Shown here piece by piece: positions 27,101-36,315 of a DNA stretch of 60,585 nucleotides. Each line of letters opens with the position of its first letter. The first letter of the stretch is position 1. The notes under the pieces are model-generated. The model did not search any database and was not told the DNA's origin. It worked only from the letters and a program-made list of their open reading frames with translations. A program made the position numbers and the translations under genes. This stretch comes from a virus (taxonomy: Duplodnaviria > Caudoviricetes). The stretch spans positions 1-60,585 of IMG/VR virus record IMGVR_UViG_3300034110_000180, one strand, 5' to 3'.

Positions 27101-30100
27101 GTGGCTGCGTAGTTTGTGGCTTTGACTGCTGCATGTGCTTTCTCCATAAAAGCGTGTGTTGTGGGGAGGTTATCACGGAGGTAGTCCATGCCACCACCCA
27201 TGTTGGAAAAAGCCCACACCTGCGCGAAAACTTCCTCACGCAGCTCCTGAGCTGTCAAAGCTCGGTTGAGCTTGTCGGACATGTCCAGCGGGTAGTTGAG
27301 CAGGTAGCCCAACGCCGTTGTGTCGCTGTTGTCCTCGAAGTAAGTCAGCAGTTCGTCCGCGACCGACCCGGGGCGCATGGCCATGGGCTCACCGTTCACC
27401 TTGGACATCTTGAACTCTTTGTCACCAGAGAACTTGCCCAAGCCGCCTTGCACTTCGTCGATCCCATGGCCGGCTTCGTGGAGTGTGGCGATGGTAGACA
27501 GCTCTTTGTCCTTCAGGATCAGGCCGTTGTAGACGATGGTGCGCTTGCCATTCATCATGGTGTAGATCGCGTCCCACTTCACAGGCGAGAACGTAACCAT
27601 CCACGAGTCGATGGCGTCAACAGCGTTGCCCATACCAGACTTGCGCAGGCTACGGATACCAGCAGCAATGCCGTCAGAGTACCCGGACAGGTCTTCCAGC
27701 GAAGCCTCCACAGACTCGAAGTCAACGCCGTCTTGGTCGGTAGTGCGGACACTGCGACGCGACATACGGGTAAACCCTAACTCAGCTTTAACCAGCTTGG
27801 CCAGCTCGGTTTCAACATCGTTCTCGGTCCAGTTGTCCGGGCCGAACTCAATGAACGTCTTGCGCTGCGCGTCAGTCAGGTCCGCGAACTTGGGGGCTGC
27901 TGGGTACGTGCTGGCTACTTTGTCCCACGCTTCGGCTGCTTGCTCGGCTTGGGTGGGGATTTTGGTTGGGGCTTGGCTTTTTTCGGCAGGCTTTGGGGCA
28001 CGCCGTACTTGTCCGCCCACTCCTTGGCCAGCTTCGGCTTTTGGCTGAACAGGTACGCTTGCTGGGCTTTCGACTTGAACGGCATTGGTGTCTCCACGGC
28101 TTTGCAGCTCAGCAGTGATTTTGCCTGCGAGCTCTGTGTTTTTGATGGTGTCGCGCACGTAGGGCAGCAGCAGGCCCAAGTCTTCCGACGAGAGCTTGGT
28201 GATGTCCCGGCCAGCATCTTTCCAGCGCTGCTGGGCTTCTTTGACTGTGGCCGGTGCCTTGGACACTGGAGCAGCCTTGGGGGCGTCCTTCGCAGCCGCT
28301 TCGGCCATCAGAGTATCAAGCTTGGCGCTGAGCTCGTCGATGCGGGCTTGCACGGACTGCGCGGCCTCAACTACGCCAAGCTGAGTGAGTTCAGCTTTGG
28401 TCGCTTTCAGTTCATCAATGGCATCGGCCAGCTTGACAAATTTGACCGCCGTGTCGCTCCCTGCGGTGCTGGACTTTTGCCAGTACCTAGAGTCGTCAGC
28501 GTTTGCATCCACGTCACCTTCAGCGGTGTCGTCAACCGCCGCCTCAGCATCAACCTCCCCATCTACAGACTCTTGCGCCTGCGTGAGGTCAACAGCCCCT
28601 TCCGTGGTGGACTCGATGCCAAGCTCGGTGAACACCTGATTTCGGTCGAAGCCCATGGACACCGCGATGTCTGCAAGCTTTTCTGGGTTTCCGATCTGCC
28701 GAACACGGCTGCCCTTAATGCCAAACGCCGCGCCGACCTTTTCGCTTGTCTTGACTCTTTCCCCTTGGGCTGCCTTGCGTGCAAGAATATAGGCGCGCAA
28801 GATTTTGCGGTCGCGGTCTTTGTTTTTGCCCTTGCCGACTTGCTCTTCGATGATCGCGTCGAGGTCTTCCTTGGTAAATTCTTTCTGGTCTTGGCGCTTG
28901 CCAGCGGCGTCGGCCAGCGTAGCGTCCAGACCTGCGGTGTTACCGGTCTCACGGGCGATCTCAACGTAGTTCGCCAGCGCAGCGTCTTGATCCTCGACGG
29001 CTTCCTGCTTGCTCAGGCGCAGGGTCGTATTGGCCTTTACTGGGGCGGCATCGGTGATGGCGGCAGGCGTTTGTCCTTGCGGCGCTGTTTGGATGGTTTG
29101 AGGGGCTTGAGGGCCACTTGGTGCTCCGGTAGTTACAGTGGTAGATGGTTGGCCGGGGGCGACTGGAAGAACGCCAGCTTGTTGAAGTGCTCCTCCAGCG
29201 ACGGCGGGACTTCTGACCATTGTTCCTGTGACAGGAGCAGCTGGTCCTGCATCTCCCATGCCTCCCGGAACGACAGCGCCCCCGACTCCCACGCCTCCTG
29301 CAGGCTGCTGAACAGCTGGTATTCCTGTGCCACTTGCTGCCTCCTTAGATGCGTTGATCAACGCCTCGTCCATCAGTTCGAGGGCTTTGTTGTAGCGCTT
29401 TTCGGACATGTATTTTTCACCGGCAAAGTTCCACACAGGAACCATGACGGCTGACTTTGGGTCCACACCGCTTTCGGCCATTACATCAAACAGCTTGCGG
29501 CTAAAGCTGTTCGGGATTACCTTCAACTCATCACGGATGAAAACATCCTTGGGGTCGCGGGTAGTAGCTACACTAGCCATCACTTGGGCGGCGGCAGCGG
29601 TTTCTGCAGGCTTTTCCTGAGTCAAGTCCAGCGCAGCTTGTGAGCGCTGAAGAGCTTCGCCAACCGTCAGGGGGCGCTCGATACCTGTTTCTGGGTCGTT
29701 GACAAACTGGCCCGTTGGCTCGTCGTATGCAGCCTTGAATTGAGCTTCATAGTCTTTGGCTTTGCGCTTTGGACGGTTGACGCCCACGTTCTGGTTGATG
29801 AAGGTCTGCAGGCCAACGGTTTGGTCTTGCGTCACAAACTGACTATCCAGCGGGCGCTGCTCCGGGGGTGTCTGGTCTTCGGTAGCGGACGAGGTCAGGT
29901 CGCGCTCACGAGCGGAATCGCGGTAGCCTTGGCTACGACGCCAGCCCCCACCAACACCACCCAGTAGGCCGCCCAGCAGGCCGCCTCCGACAAACGACTC
30001 TGCATAATCGTCCATGGCTTGCGGGCTGAAAAGCTCTACCCGGGGGTCGATGGCCAGACGGCCAACATTGGATATGTACTCTTGGCCGACTTCACCGCCG

Positions 30101-30729
30101 GCTTCAGATATGCCAGTACGAGTGGCAGCTGCACCAGTGCGCGCAGCACCGCCAGTAAACCCGCCGAGATTGTCGAGGTATCGGTTGGCTGCTACCGCAG
30201 CACGTTCAGCCCGAAGGCCGGTTCCGGCCAGCTTGCCGACAACACCAGTCGCAGCTTCAACACCGCCGTAGGCCAAGCCAAGAGGGATCGCAGTGAGGTC
30301 TGTACGACCAGACTGCTCCCGTTGGGCCTGCATAATTTCACCGATACCGCTCAGACCTGCGACGCCATAAGCTGCGGCGGGCCCTGCAAGCAGACCAGCG
30401 CCAACAACAGGTGCCAGCTCAGGAAGTGTCTGAACACCAAGCTCAGCAGCGTAGCGGCCAACGTCGCCGACGCCGGAAATGTTTTTGTACGAGCCCACCG
30501 CATCTTGGTTGGTGTCGTAGTAGCGCTGGGAGGTGCGCTGGGCCTCAGCTTCCTGCTCCAGCCGGTAGTCCCGGGAAAGCCCCAAGGGCTCGAGCATGCC
30601 GTACGCCTTGGCCTGAAGGCGATCTACGGCGGACCCGCCCAATTCAGACAACCCAGCTTCAGGTGCTTCTACACGATACTGCTTGCTGTAGCGCGCTGCA
30701 ATTTCTTCGTCTGTCAGGCGGCGGGACAT
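24190..30729 (-). CDS. Giant internal virion / ejection protein (polyvalent-protein-like)
   Basis: 2179 aa at end of structural arm; HEAGH..EEVFA zincin-like motif; PYAPIKRNG resembles PLxRFG. Confidence 0.8.
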   Translation of the reverse strand: MSRRLTDEEIAARYSKQYRVEAPEAGLSELGGSAVDRLQAKAYGMLEPLGLSRDYRLEQEAEAQRTSQRYYDTNQDAVGSYKNISGVGDVGRYAAELGVQTLPELAPVVGAGLLAGPAAAYGVAGLSGIGEIMQAQREQSGRTDLTAIPLGLAYGGVEAATGVVGKLAGTGLRAERAAVAANRYLDNLGGFTGGAARTGAAATRTGISEAGGEVGQEYISNVGRLAIDPRVELFSPQAMDDYAESFVGGGLLGGLLGGVGGGWRRSQGYRDSARERDLTSSATEDQTPPEQRPLDSQFVTQDQTVGLQTFINQNVGVNRPKRKAKDYEAQFKAAYDEPTGQFVNDPETGIERPLTVGEALQRSQAALDLTQEKPAETAAAAQVMASVATTRDPKDVFIRDELKVIPNSFSRKLFDVMAESGVDPKSAVMVPVWNFAGEKYMSEKRYNKALELMDEALINASKEAASGTGIPAVQQPAGGVGVGGAVVPGGMGDAGPAAPVTGTMVRSPAVAGGALQQAGVLPVAPGQPSTTVTTGAPSGPQAPQTIQTAPQGQTPAAITDAAPVKANTTLRLSKQEAVEDQDAALANYVEIARETGNTAGLDATLADAAGKRQDQKEFTKEDLDAIIEEQVGKGKNKDRDRKILRAYILARKAAQGERVKTSEKVGAAFGIKGSRVRQIGNPEKLADIAVSMGFDRNQVFTELGIESTTEGAVDLTQAQESVDGEVDAEAAVDDTAEGDVDANADDSRYWQKSSTAGSDTAVKFVKLADAIDELKATKAELTQLGVVEAAQSVQARIDELSAKLDTLMAEAAAKDAPKAAPVSKAPATVKEAQQRWKDAGRDITKLSSEDLGLLLPYVRDTIKNTELAGKITAELQSRGDTNAVQVESPASVPVQPKAEAGQGVGGQVRRAPKPAEKSQAPTKIPTQAEQAAEAWDKVASTYPAAPKFADLTDAQRKTFIEFGPDNWTENDVETELAKLVKAELGFTRMSRRSVRTTDQDGVDFESVEASLEDLSGYSDGIAAGIRSLRKSGMGNAVDAIDSWMVTFSPVKWDAIYTMMNGKRTIVYNGLILKDKELSTIATLHEAGHGIDEVQGGLGKFSGDKEFKMSKVNGEPMAMRPGSVADELLTYFEDNSDTTALGYLLNYPLDMSDKLNRALTAQELREEVFAQVWAFSNMGGGMDYLRDNLPTTHAFMEKAHAAVKATNYAATQGAQQGAQSGQVQAGQQGAQPVGAVSRASRQRKGLIDSNVRKLPKQLRQPVRNTVGALGDLGGKYLDYAVFTSDLVKRAVAAGMPSAQKFADVLARRASRVSELEREIEKIADGYANIEQQFKGSARGSVNDFLFESTRTGKWGYGKYRDPKMGAAFDAMALPGGRESKAQKFIKDVFAHGDKMLADKKKVVLDAATSEYDAMIKESQALVNVTTDEEALEKAKENLAALKAEKAASLKRFQTLFRLREGMPYAPIKRNGTHVVIGKSKEYMAAVKANDTKRVKALESDPDHYHVSFADSKWEARSLKDRLEEQGAFDELNLVTRSEAFEKAFSGEALLPALTNMRAAVDKRVGADPTAGKMLSIINQLYLEALAEGSARKSEMRRRGIAGEVDMLQSFTQQGRADANFMANVQFEPLVQDQLQNMRNESRSGDRERKSELFNELTQRYADSLDVKVNTWVSGLTNLASKFFLASSPAYYLQNLTQPFMMSLPAMAGRHDYTKAASEMAKAYTDLAPLFKDVKLIDQQFDFSKVPADVRKAINDLVNQGKIDIGLATEINEYKVDADNKLSKFAQRLNKGMRMAVQKTEAVNRLSTAIAAYRLEFERAKKDPKIADPRAAATQYAADILTDTHGDYTAFNAPRVFNTQWGKIALQFRKFQLIQIAFYAKLIRDAFTKPDERAAAMKTLAYSLGHTAAFAGMMGLPGYAAIAFVLGAFGDDDEPYDLTADMRKAIGPEWADMIMRGAPTLAGVDLSGKIGSGNMLSIMPFSDADLSTTAGRAEAFGTLLGGASLGMTTRMADGLIRMGQGDYYKGIEQIMPKGVSDALKAGRLATEGMTRRNGDVILPESEISAMSAIMTGLGVPSVKQAVTYERQNRMRDITENFQDRTKSIKNQYAKAVRQKDTASMQEAREAWTKLQQTRQRNGLKPQPVSDLLKAPQEQAQREQRTVGGVQYRKDQRKLAEDVAAN
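26994..27134 (-). CDS. Nested +1-frame ORF, 46 aa (MQQSKPQ...)
   Basis: GGAG 7 nt before ATG; overlies a low-complexity stretch of the host ORF. Confidence 0.35.
   Translation of the reverse strand: MQQSKPQTTQPPKVPSKVLSQDKFKLDSKGRSLLAQFLEPVAKEKA
27915..28085 (-). CDS. Nested +1-frame ORF, 56-aa basic protein MPFKSKAQQAYLF...
   Basis: GGAG 6 nt before ATG; N-terminus resembles small phage proteins starting MPFKSxAQ (recall, unverified). Confidence 0.6.
   Translation of the reverse strand: MPFKSKAQQAYLFSQKPKLAKEWADKYGVPQSLPKKAKPQPKSPPKPSKQPKRGTK
29037..29117 (-). CDS. Nested +1-frame ORF, 26 aa (MALKPLKPSKQRRK...)
   Basis: GGAG 6 nt before GTG, just downstream of the previous nested ORF. 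Confidence 0.3.
   Translation of the reverse strand: MALKPLKPSKQRRKDKRLPPSPMPPQ
29133..29333 (-). CDS. Nested +1-frame ORF, 66-aa acidic protein
   Basis: TAAGGAGG 6 nt before GTG; protein-like composition. Confidence 0.55.
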   Translation of the reverse strand: MAQEYQLFSSLQEAWESGALSFREAWEMQDQLLLSQEQWSEVPPSLEEHFNKLAFFQSPPANHLPL

Positions 30730-30772
30730 AGATACCCTTCAATTTGTTGCGTGCGACATTGTCGCATGCCTG

Positions 30773-32356
30773 TCAGCGTCCGTAAATGCTAGGAGCGTTC
30801 GGAGCGACACCGTAGCTAGATGCCGGGCCAAGACCTGTAGTTCGCGCACCCTGAAACCCAGTTGGGCCTGTGGGGTTGCCACGCGCCCTGCCCTCTTCCG
30901 CGATCTTACGATTCATCGTATCGTAGGCTTCCAGTGCCTTGTTCAGCTTGCTCATGTCGCGCTTGTCGGCCACGTTGTACTCTTCGTTGTTAAACATGAC
31001 GGCATCACCGTCGTTGCTCCAAATCAAGCGACTGGCGTTGTTGTCGGACACCCCGGCAGCCTTGAGCGCCGCAGGACGGTCGCTCGGCAGAACACCCTTG
31101 GTGGACATGAACCCGCCCATTCCATCGGTCTGCACCAGCTTACCGTCGACTTTGTACTGCACGCCGGCCTCTTCAACCTTTTGTGGCTTCTCATCACGAG
31201 GCTTGCCAATCAGGCCGAGCGCTGTTTCCTTTTCTGCCGGAGACAGCTTACGACCAAGGACTGTTTCCATCTCGGTAATTTTCTTTGTCAGGCCTTTCTC
31301 AGGCTCGTCTCTGGCGTATCGTGCAGCCAAGGAGTTGTCTTTTGCAGTGGAAGCCTTGGACGCGTCGATGGCAGCCTGATTCTTCTGCAGGGCCAGCATC
31401 CAAGAACCAATGGTCTCAGGCTCGGTGGCCTGCTTGTTCAGGTACTCAGTGGCCAGTGCTTCGTTGTTGAACGACTGCGAGCTGGTGATTTTGTTGGTGG
31501 CTTTGTCGATGAAGTTCAGAGTGACAGCGCCGTTCTTGCCGGGCACGATGGCCAAGTCAGTCTTGTCGTCGAAGTCAGGGTCCGAGTTGTACAGGGAGCC
31601 GAGCTGCTGCAGGTTCTTGCCCTTCAGCTTGTTCTTGATGCCCAGCACGAACTCTTTCTGCTCGTTCTCGCCTATACCCAGACGTGTGTTGACAGCCTCC
31701 TGCCACTGCTTGGGTGTGAACTTGAACTGCTTAAAGGCAGCATCTTTCAACTCGGCTGCGGTTGCGTTGGGATTCTCAGCTGCGTATGCGTTGAAACCAG
31801 AGTAGTTCTGGCGTTCAGCTTCTTCTTGAGTGAGTCGATTGATGCGAAGGCCGGTCTCTGTTTGGCGGGTTGCAAAATCCTGCGCGCTGCGGGCTTCACC
31901 AGCTTTGGCTCGCTCTTCTGCGGCAAGCGCACGTTGCTGTTCGTACGCACGGGTCTCCAGCGCGTCGGCTTTCTCGACGTCGCCATAGCGGCGGTACACG
32001 CCTGCGAGACCTTCGGCACGCAGTGGGGCGGCGGCTTGACGGGCTTCTTGGCGTGTACTGAAATTCTGAGCACCGCTGGCCACCGAGTAGTCAGGGGCTG
32101 TGAGCCCTTGGCGGCGGGTCAGCTCGGCAATGCCTTGGTCGTACGCAGCAAGTCGCTGCGGGTCGTACGAATTTTGGGCGGGGTCAGCCACGCCAGCCCT
32201 GAGGCCTTCGAGCTGCTGGATGTTTTCCTGCAAGCCGGGACCGTAGGCACCTTCAGTGACGTCATAGCGAGCGGCCTCTTTGGCCAAGTCGCTGGCTCGT
32301 TTCGCATCAGCAATACCTTCAAGCCCCTTGCCGATGTTGTTCCAGTTAAGACGCAT
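30773..32356 (-). CDS. Putative internal virion protein
   Basis: GGAGG SD; helical; position. Confidence 0.7.
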   Translation of the reverse strand: MRLNWNNIGKGLEGIADAKRASDLAKEAARYDVTEGAYGPGLQENIQQLEGLRAGVADPAQNSYDPQRLAAYDQGIAELTRRQGLTAPDYSVASGAQNFSTRQEARQAAAPLRAEGLAGVYRRYGDVEKADALETRAYEQQRALAAEERAKAGEARSAQDFATRQTETGLRINRLTQEEAERQNYSGFNAYAAENPNATAAELKDAAFKQFKFTPKQWQEAVNTRLGIGENEQKEFVLGIKNKLKGKNLQQLGSLYNSDPDFDDKTDLAIVPGKNGAVTLNFIDKATNKITSSQSFNNEALATEYLNKQATEPETIGSWMLALQKNQAAIDASKASTAKDNSLAARYARDEPEKGLTKKITEMETVLGRKLSPAEKETALGLIGKPRDEKPQKVEEAGVQYKVDGKLVQTDGMGGFMSTKGVLPSDRPAALKAAGVSDNNASRLIWSNDGDAVMFNNEEYNVADKRDMSKLNKALEAYDTMNRKIAEEGRARGNPTGPTGFQGARTTGLGPASSYGVAPNAPSIYGR

Positions 32357-33314
32357 GACTCACCTCCACCATTTCCAAGCCGAGACCGGCGTAATTTACT
32401 GCCATGAAGCCGTCAGGCATCGTGAAGACCATGTCAGGGTATTTCTCCAGCACGTCCTGAGCCATAACGCCAAGGAAGCGGCGACCAGAGCCGTTGACGT
32501 ACTCAAACTCGTACAGTGGCAGCATGGTGCGCTCGTCACGACCAACCAGCTCGATGTTCTGTTTCAGGCGTCGATCGCTCATCGCAAACGCAGTGTAGGC
32601 TTTAGCGCCGCCCGCCAGCAAACCGCCGACATCCAGACCTTGTTCTTTGTTGGCGTTGGCGTAGCTTGTCTGCGAATTCAGGACCGTCCCCATGGTCTGA
32701 CCAGCCTGCGCCATACCGGACATGGCTTGATTTCCGGGGGCCATAGACGTGTTCATACCGGCGGTCCCTGCACCAGTGGCACCTGCGTACGCAGCAGACG
32801 ACGCACCGGCAAGACCGCGACCGAGACCGACAACGTCCATCTTACGAGCCCAGCCAAGCTGTTCGGCTTGGTTACGAGCGCCTGTGGCCGCGCCTGCGCG
32901 AGCGGAAGCCAGCGCCAGAGCGTTTTGATTCTGCATGGCCATCGCGTTGCCAGAGCCGGGGCCCACGCCACGACGGGCTAGGTTGCGAGCTGTGATGTTC
33001 TCAGCCACACCGAACGCACGAGAGGTATCAGCGGACGCCTGACGGGCAAGCTGCTCACGGTAATTCTCGGTGTCGAACTCTTGAGCCTGCCGCACTAGAC
33101 CCTGCTCCACCGGTCGGAACGTGTTGATCTGGTAGTCGTAGTAGTCCTTGGCCTGACCCATCTGCTGCTCTTGCGCAGCCGTCTGTGAAGCGGCAACGCG
33201 CTCGGCCAGAGGTTTCATCTCTGCGTACTGCTGTTTGGAAAACGCCAGTTGCTCTCGACCGAGAGCTTCCATGCCGGAGTAGTCCGGTGGTGGAGGACTT
33301 GATTTACCGCCCAT
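32346..33314 (-). CDS. Putative pilot/internal virion protein with C-terminal S74-like chaperone domain
   Basis: MGGKS start, Gly/Ala/Gln-rich, SDRRLKQNI..GVMAQDV..VNY. Confidence 0.75.
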   Translation of the reverse strand: MGGKSSPPPPDYSGMEALGREQLAFSKQQYAEMKPLAERVAASQTAAQEQQMGQAKDYYDYQINTFRPVEQGLVRQAQEFDTENYREQLARQASADTSRAFGVAENITARNLARRGVGPGSGNAMAMQNQNALALASARAGAATGARNQAEQLGWARKMDVVGLGRGLAGASSAAYAGATGAGTAGMNTSMAPGNQAMSGMAQAGQTMGTVLNSQTSYANANKEQGLDVGGLLAGGAKAYTAFAMSDRRLKQNIELVGRDERTMLPLYEFEYVNGSGRRFLGVMAQDVLEKYPDMVFTMPDGFMAVNYAGLGLEMVEVSHAS

Positions 33315-33317
33315 GAT

Positions 33318-33734
33318 TTACTCCTTGCGCAGCCAACGACATGTGTCGGGCCGCATTACCAAAACATGCATGTCGGCACCGGGGGCACCGTCCTTCATCA
33401 CGAACTCTTCCTCGAACCCGAGGTGCTTGTCGAACGCTATGACGTGAGGCTCGTTGGATGGAACCATCCCTGTAAGCCGCTTTAGTCCTGCGTAGTTGAA
33501 GGCGTAGTCGCACACCGCCCGTAGCATGGGGATGATCTTCTTGGTCTGCTTGGCGATGGCTATGTGGCACGTCGCATTGGCTCCGTTGAAGTTGTTGATG
33601 ACTACACCCGCAATCACCTCGTCACCATCGACCACACCCAGCGCGTAGAAGCTGCCCCAGCTAGCACCTTGGCCAACCTGCTGGGCAACCCATGCACCGA
33701 TACGATCTGCTTGGTCATAAACGAGTTCTGCCAT
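33318..33734 (-). CDS. GNAT-fold virion-associated protein
   Basis: YAFN..LKRLTG..HLGFEEE; position matches podovirus gp13-like genes. Confidence 0.75.
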   Translation of the reverse strand: MAELVYDQADRIGAWVAQQVGQGASWGSFYALGVVDGDEVIAGVVINNFNGANATCHIAIAKQTKKIIPMLRAVCDYAFNYAGLKRLTGMVPSNEPHVIAFDKHLGFEEEFVMKDGAPGADMHVLVMRPDTCRWLRKE

Positions 33735-33753
33735 AGCGCGTATTATGACGCAA

Positions 33754-33948
33754 TCACTGCAATCTATCCACTACGGCGTTGAGCTGCGCGATTACCTCGG
33801 CAAGAGTTGCGGTAGTAGGTAGTGGCTGAATCCGGCTCACATTCCTAGCCTGCCCGGTGATTGCATCCAAGTTCTGCTTTATGGACGACAGGGCCAAGTC
33901 AAGGTCGTGCTTGCCGGTCATGACGGCGGGGATAGCTGCTTTTGCCAT
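33754..33948 (-). CDS. Small structural-module protein
   Basis: TAATG coupling to upstream gene. Confidence 0.7.
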   Translation of the reverse strand: MAKAAIPAVMTGKHDLDLALSSIKQNLDAITGQARNVSRIQPLPTTATLAEVIAQLNAVVDRLQ

Positions 33949-35963
33949 TAGGATGCCTGCGACAGTTCTGCAACGGTGGTTGCTATGGCGACCGAGTACG
34001 TCTTGACCGAGGCGTTCAAGCCCACGCTGTAGACCTCACTGAGATACCCGGAAGGCAAGCGGAATGGCTTGGTCGATACCACGTTCTTGGTGAACACTGG
34101 GGTGTTGTTGGAATACAACGTGAACTGGACGCGCTTGGCGGTGTTGAGCTCCACCGGCACAATGTTGCTGCCGTTAATTTCCATGCTCAGTATTTCGTGG
34201 CCGTTCAGGTGTCCGGCTACGGCGTCAGCCCCTGCGGCTATGAGCGCGGCGTTTGCTGCAATCTGGCTCGTGTCCACGGGCACGATGTCGCCGAACATGG
34301 CATGAACTTGCGCTACGGCCATATTGACTGGGGACGATAACTGCATGCTGCTGCTGAGCCAGTCAGCATCGTAAGAACGCCCGGGGACCGCGTCCCACTC
34401 ATACAGGACTTCGTCTTTTGCCGCGTAGAGCTTGCCGTCGTACTCGTTTCTGTACAACGCACTGGGAGTCTCTTCGACCTCAACGGCGCTGTCAGGCTCC
34501 CCCAAATCCAGAACCCACGTTCGATTGGTGGTGCCGTTGGTGTACCCAGCGTAATACTGGCCGTCATGAAAGGCAGCAACGAAGGAGGCAGGGTTGAGCT
34601 GCGACCATTCTTCTTCGCGGTACAGCTTGCTGGTGATGCGGTTTACGGCACCGGGGGATACGAGCCACAGCCCGTCGAAGCTGGGGTAGATGGCCTCGCT
34701 GCCAATATCAACAACGCCCCGGGCCGACACGCATGGAGCGTAAGTCTCCAACGTCGTGGCAGACATGGTGTCCGGATCGGAGCCGGTAAACAGCACTGGG
34801 TAGGTGTCAGTCAGCACGATCACCGAGTTGCTCGCGGCCACAGCAGCGACGCCGACGCCAGCGAACGCATAGCGGTTACGCACCGGCCAAGAGTACGGCA
34901 TGTATGGGTCACTGAAGCACAGCTCGTTACCGGCAAGGCCAGCCAAGCAGCCGTTGGGCAGGCTGATCAGGCTGATCAAATTCTTCGGCACGGTTGACGA
35001 ATCCGCCGTCGGCAGCACCTCACCAAGGTCCGCAGCAAGAACGGTGTCTACAAACGACGTGGCGCTTGTGCTGGTCTCACCTACGAACAGGAAATCCCCG
35101 GACGTGCCCACTGTGCGGTACACGCGGTACTTGTAGGTTGCAGTGTCGTAGGTGGCCACACGAGCCACAGTGCCGCCGCTTGTGTACGTCTGAGTTGTTG
35201 TGAGCGCTACGCTGAACTGGTTTGTAGCCGCGTTGACGCTGACGATCCTGAAAGTCCCGTTGAGCGAAGTCATGCCAACAACGCCTGAGATCGTGATCTG
35301 CTCATACTGGTCGAGCGAGAACTGCCCAGCTGCAAGCGTGACTGTGACTATGCCGGGGGGTGTCGTGGCAGCAGCGGCGACCGAAAACGAGTTGGCTGGC
35401 TTGGCGGGCAATGTGGAGATTGTCCAAGTGCCGTTGTGGTGGCCAGATACTACGTCTGTAGGCGGGCTTGGCGGGGACTCCTGCCCGAAGTTATCCACGA
35501 ACGTGACGACGTAGGCGCGGCTCTCAACGGTGCCGCCGCCGCCAGAGACCGTTGGGTTGCTTGGGGCCACCGCAGGCGGGCGAATGCCAAGTGCCAAGAA
35601 CCCAGTTGGGTAGGGCGTGCTCTGAATTGCCAGAGCGTACGTGGACATGCGCGGCGAGAAAGACTCGCTGGCGTAGAAGAACCGACCGTAGGTGTCGTTG
35701 GCGTTTGGCGATAGCGCCACGCTCACGTGTTCCGACCATGTCAGCCAGTTGTCTGTATAGCTGCCATCGATGTATGCGCGGTATCGGTAGATCGTGCCGA
35801 TGTTTCTGCCTGCGTCGTAGACCTGCCCGAGGCCAGCGAGTGGGTCCAGTCGCCCGGATGTGATCTTGCAGTTCAGTGCCCGCAAGGCTTGGTTGGGCTG
35901 CAGCAGGCGATCGCTCACCCGAGGGATTTGACCTCTGAAGGCTTTGATGTTTACTGCTGTCAT
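33948..35963 (-). CDS. Tail nozzle / stabilisation protein
   Basis: 671 aa beta-rich; FSDPYMPYSWP; position. Confidence 0.7.
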   Translation of the reverse strand: MTAVNIKAFRGQIPRVSDRLLQPNQALRALNCKITSGRLDPLAGLGQVYDAGRNIGTIYRYRAYIDGSYTDNWLTWSEHVSVALSPNANDTYGRFFYASESFSPRMSTYALAIQSTPYPTGFLALGIRPPAVAPSNPTVSGGGGTVESRAYVVTFVDNFGQESPPSPPTDVVSGHHNGTWTISTLPAKPANSFSVAAAATTPPGIVTVTLAAGQFSLDQYEQITISGVVGMTSLNGTFRIVSVNAATNQFSVALTTTQTYTSGGTVARVATYDTATYKYRVYRTVGTSGDFLFVGETSTSATSFVDTVLAADLGEVLPTADSSTVPKNLISLISLPNGCLAGLAGNELCFSDPYMPYSWPVRNRYAFAGVGVAAVAASNSVIVLTDTYPVLFTGSDPDTMSATTLETYAPCVSARGVVDIGSEAIYPSFDGLWLVSPGAVNRITSKLYREEEWSQLNPASFVAAFHDGQYYAGYTNGTTNRTWVLDLGEPDSAVEVEETPSALYRNEYDGKLYAAKDEVLYEWDAVPGRSYDADWLSSSMQLSSPVNMAVAQVHAMFGDIVPVDTSQIAANAALIAAGADAVAGHLNGHEILSMEINGSNIVPVELNTAKRVQFTLYSNNTPVFTKNVVSTKPFRLPSGYLSEVYSVGLNASVKTYSVAIATTVAELSQAS

Positions 35964-36040
35964 AGTTTTATCTCAGTATTTGCCTTCAGCAAACACGTTT
36001 ATGAACAAACAGGCGCAGCCGATGCGAACGACTGACTGGC

Positions 36041-36304
36041 TCACAGGACTGATCCGTGGGTTTCATCCGAAGACGGCGTTACTGTGACTTCTGGTGGCGG
36101 CGCAACGTACTCAGCAATTGGACCATATGCGCCAGAAACAATGTCAGCAAAAATGGCGCGGCCATGTGCTTCCACATCGTTCTGGCTTGCTGTAAACGGC
36201 AAGATTTCAGTGCCAAATTGACTGGTCGTGATTTCGCAGTCAATGGTTGTGTGCTCTGCGTTACCCCATTTTGGGTTTGTCAAAGATGTAAGGGTTGCTT
36301 GCAT
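36041..36304 (-). CDS. Tail-fibre assembly-like protein
   Basis: IDCEI..LPFTA..D.E.HG..YGPIAEY; AAGGA SD. Confidence 0.65.
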   Translation of the reverse strand: MQATLTSLTNPKWGNAEHTTIDCEITTSQFGTEILPFTASQNDVEAHGRAIFADIVSGAYGPIAEYVAPPPEVTVTPSSDETHGSVL

Positions 36305-36315
36305 GTTGCTTCCTT

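Noticed and set aside
28563-28964. 133-aa +1-frame ORF in the giant gene
   Set aside because: TTG start, no clear SD and frameshift-like composition, unlike the four retained nested ORFs.
27940-29454. 504-aa + strand ORF (also 24676-26124, 31181-32407, 50456-51949, 53038-54153)
   Set aside because: Antisense shadows of GC-rich genes, with no SD or recognisable motifs.
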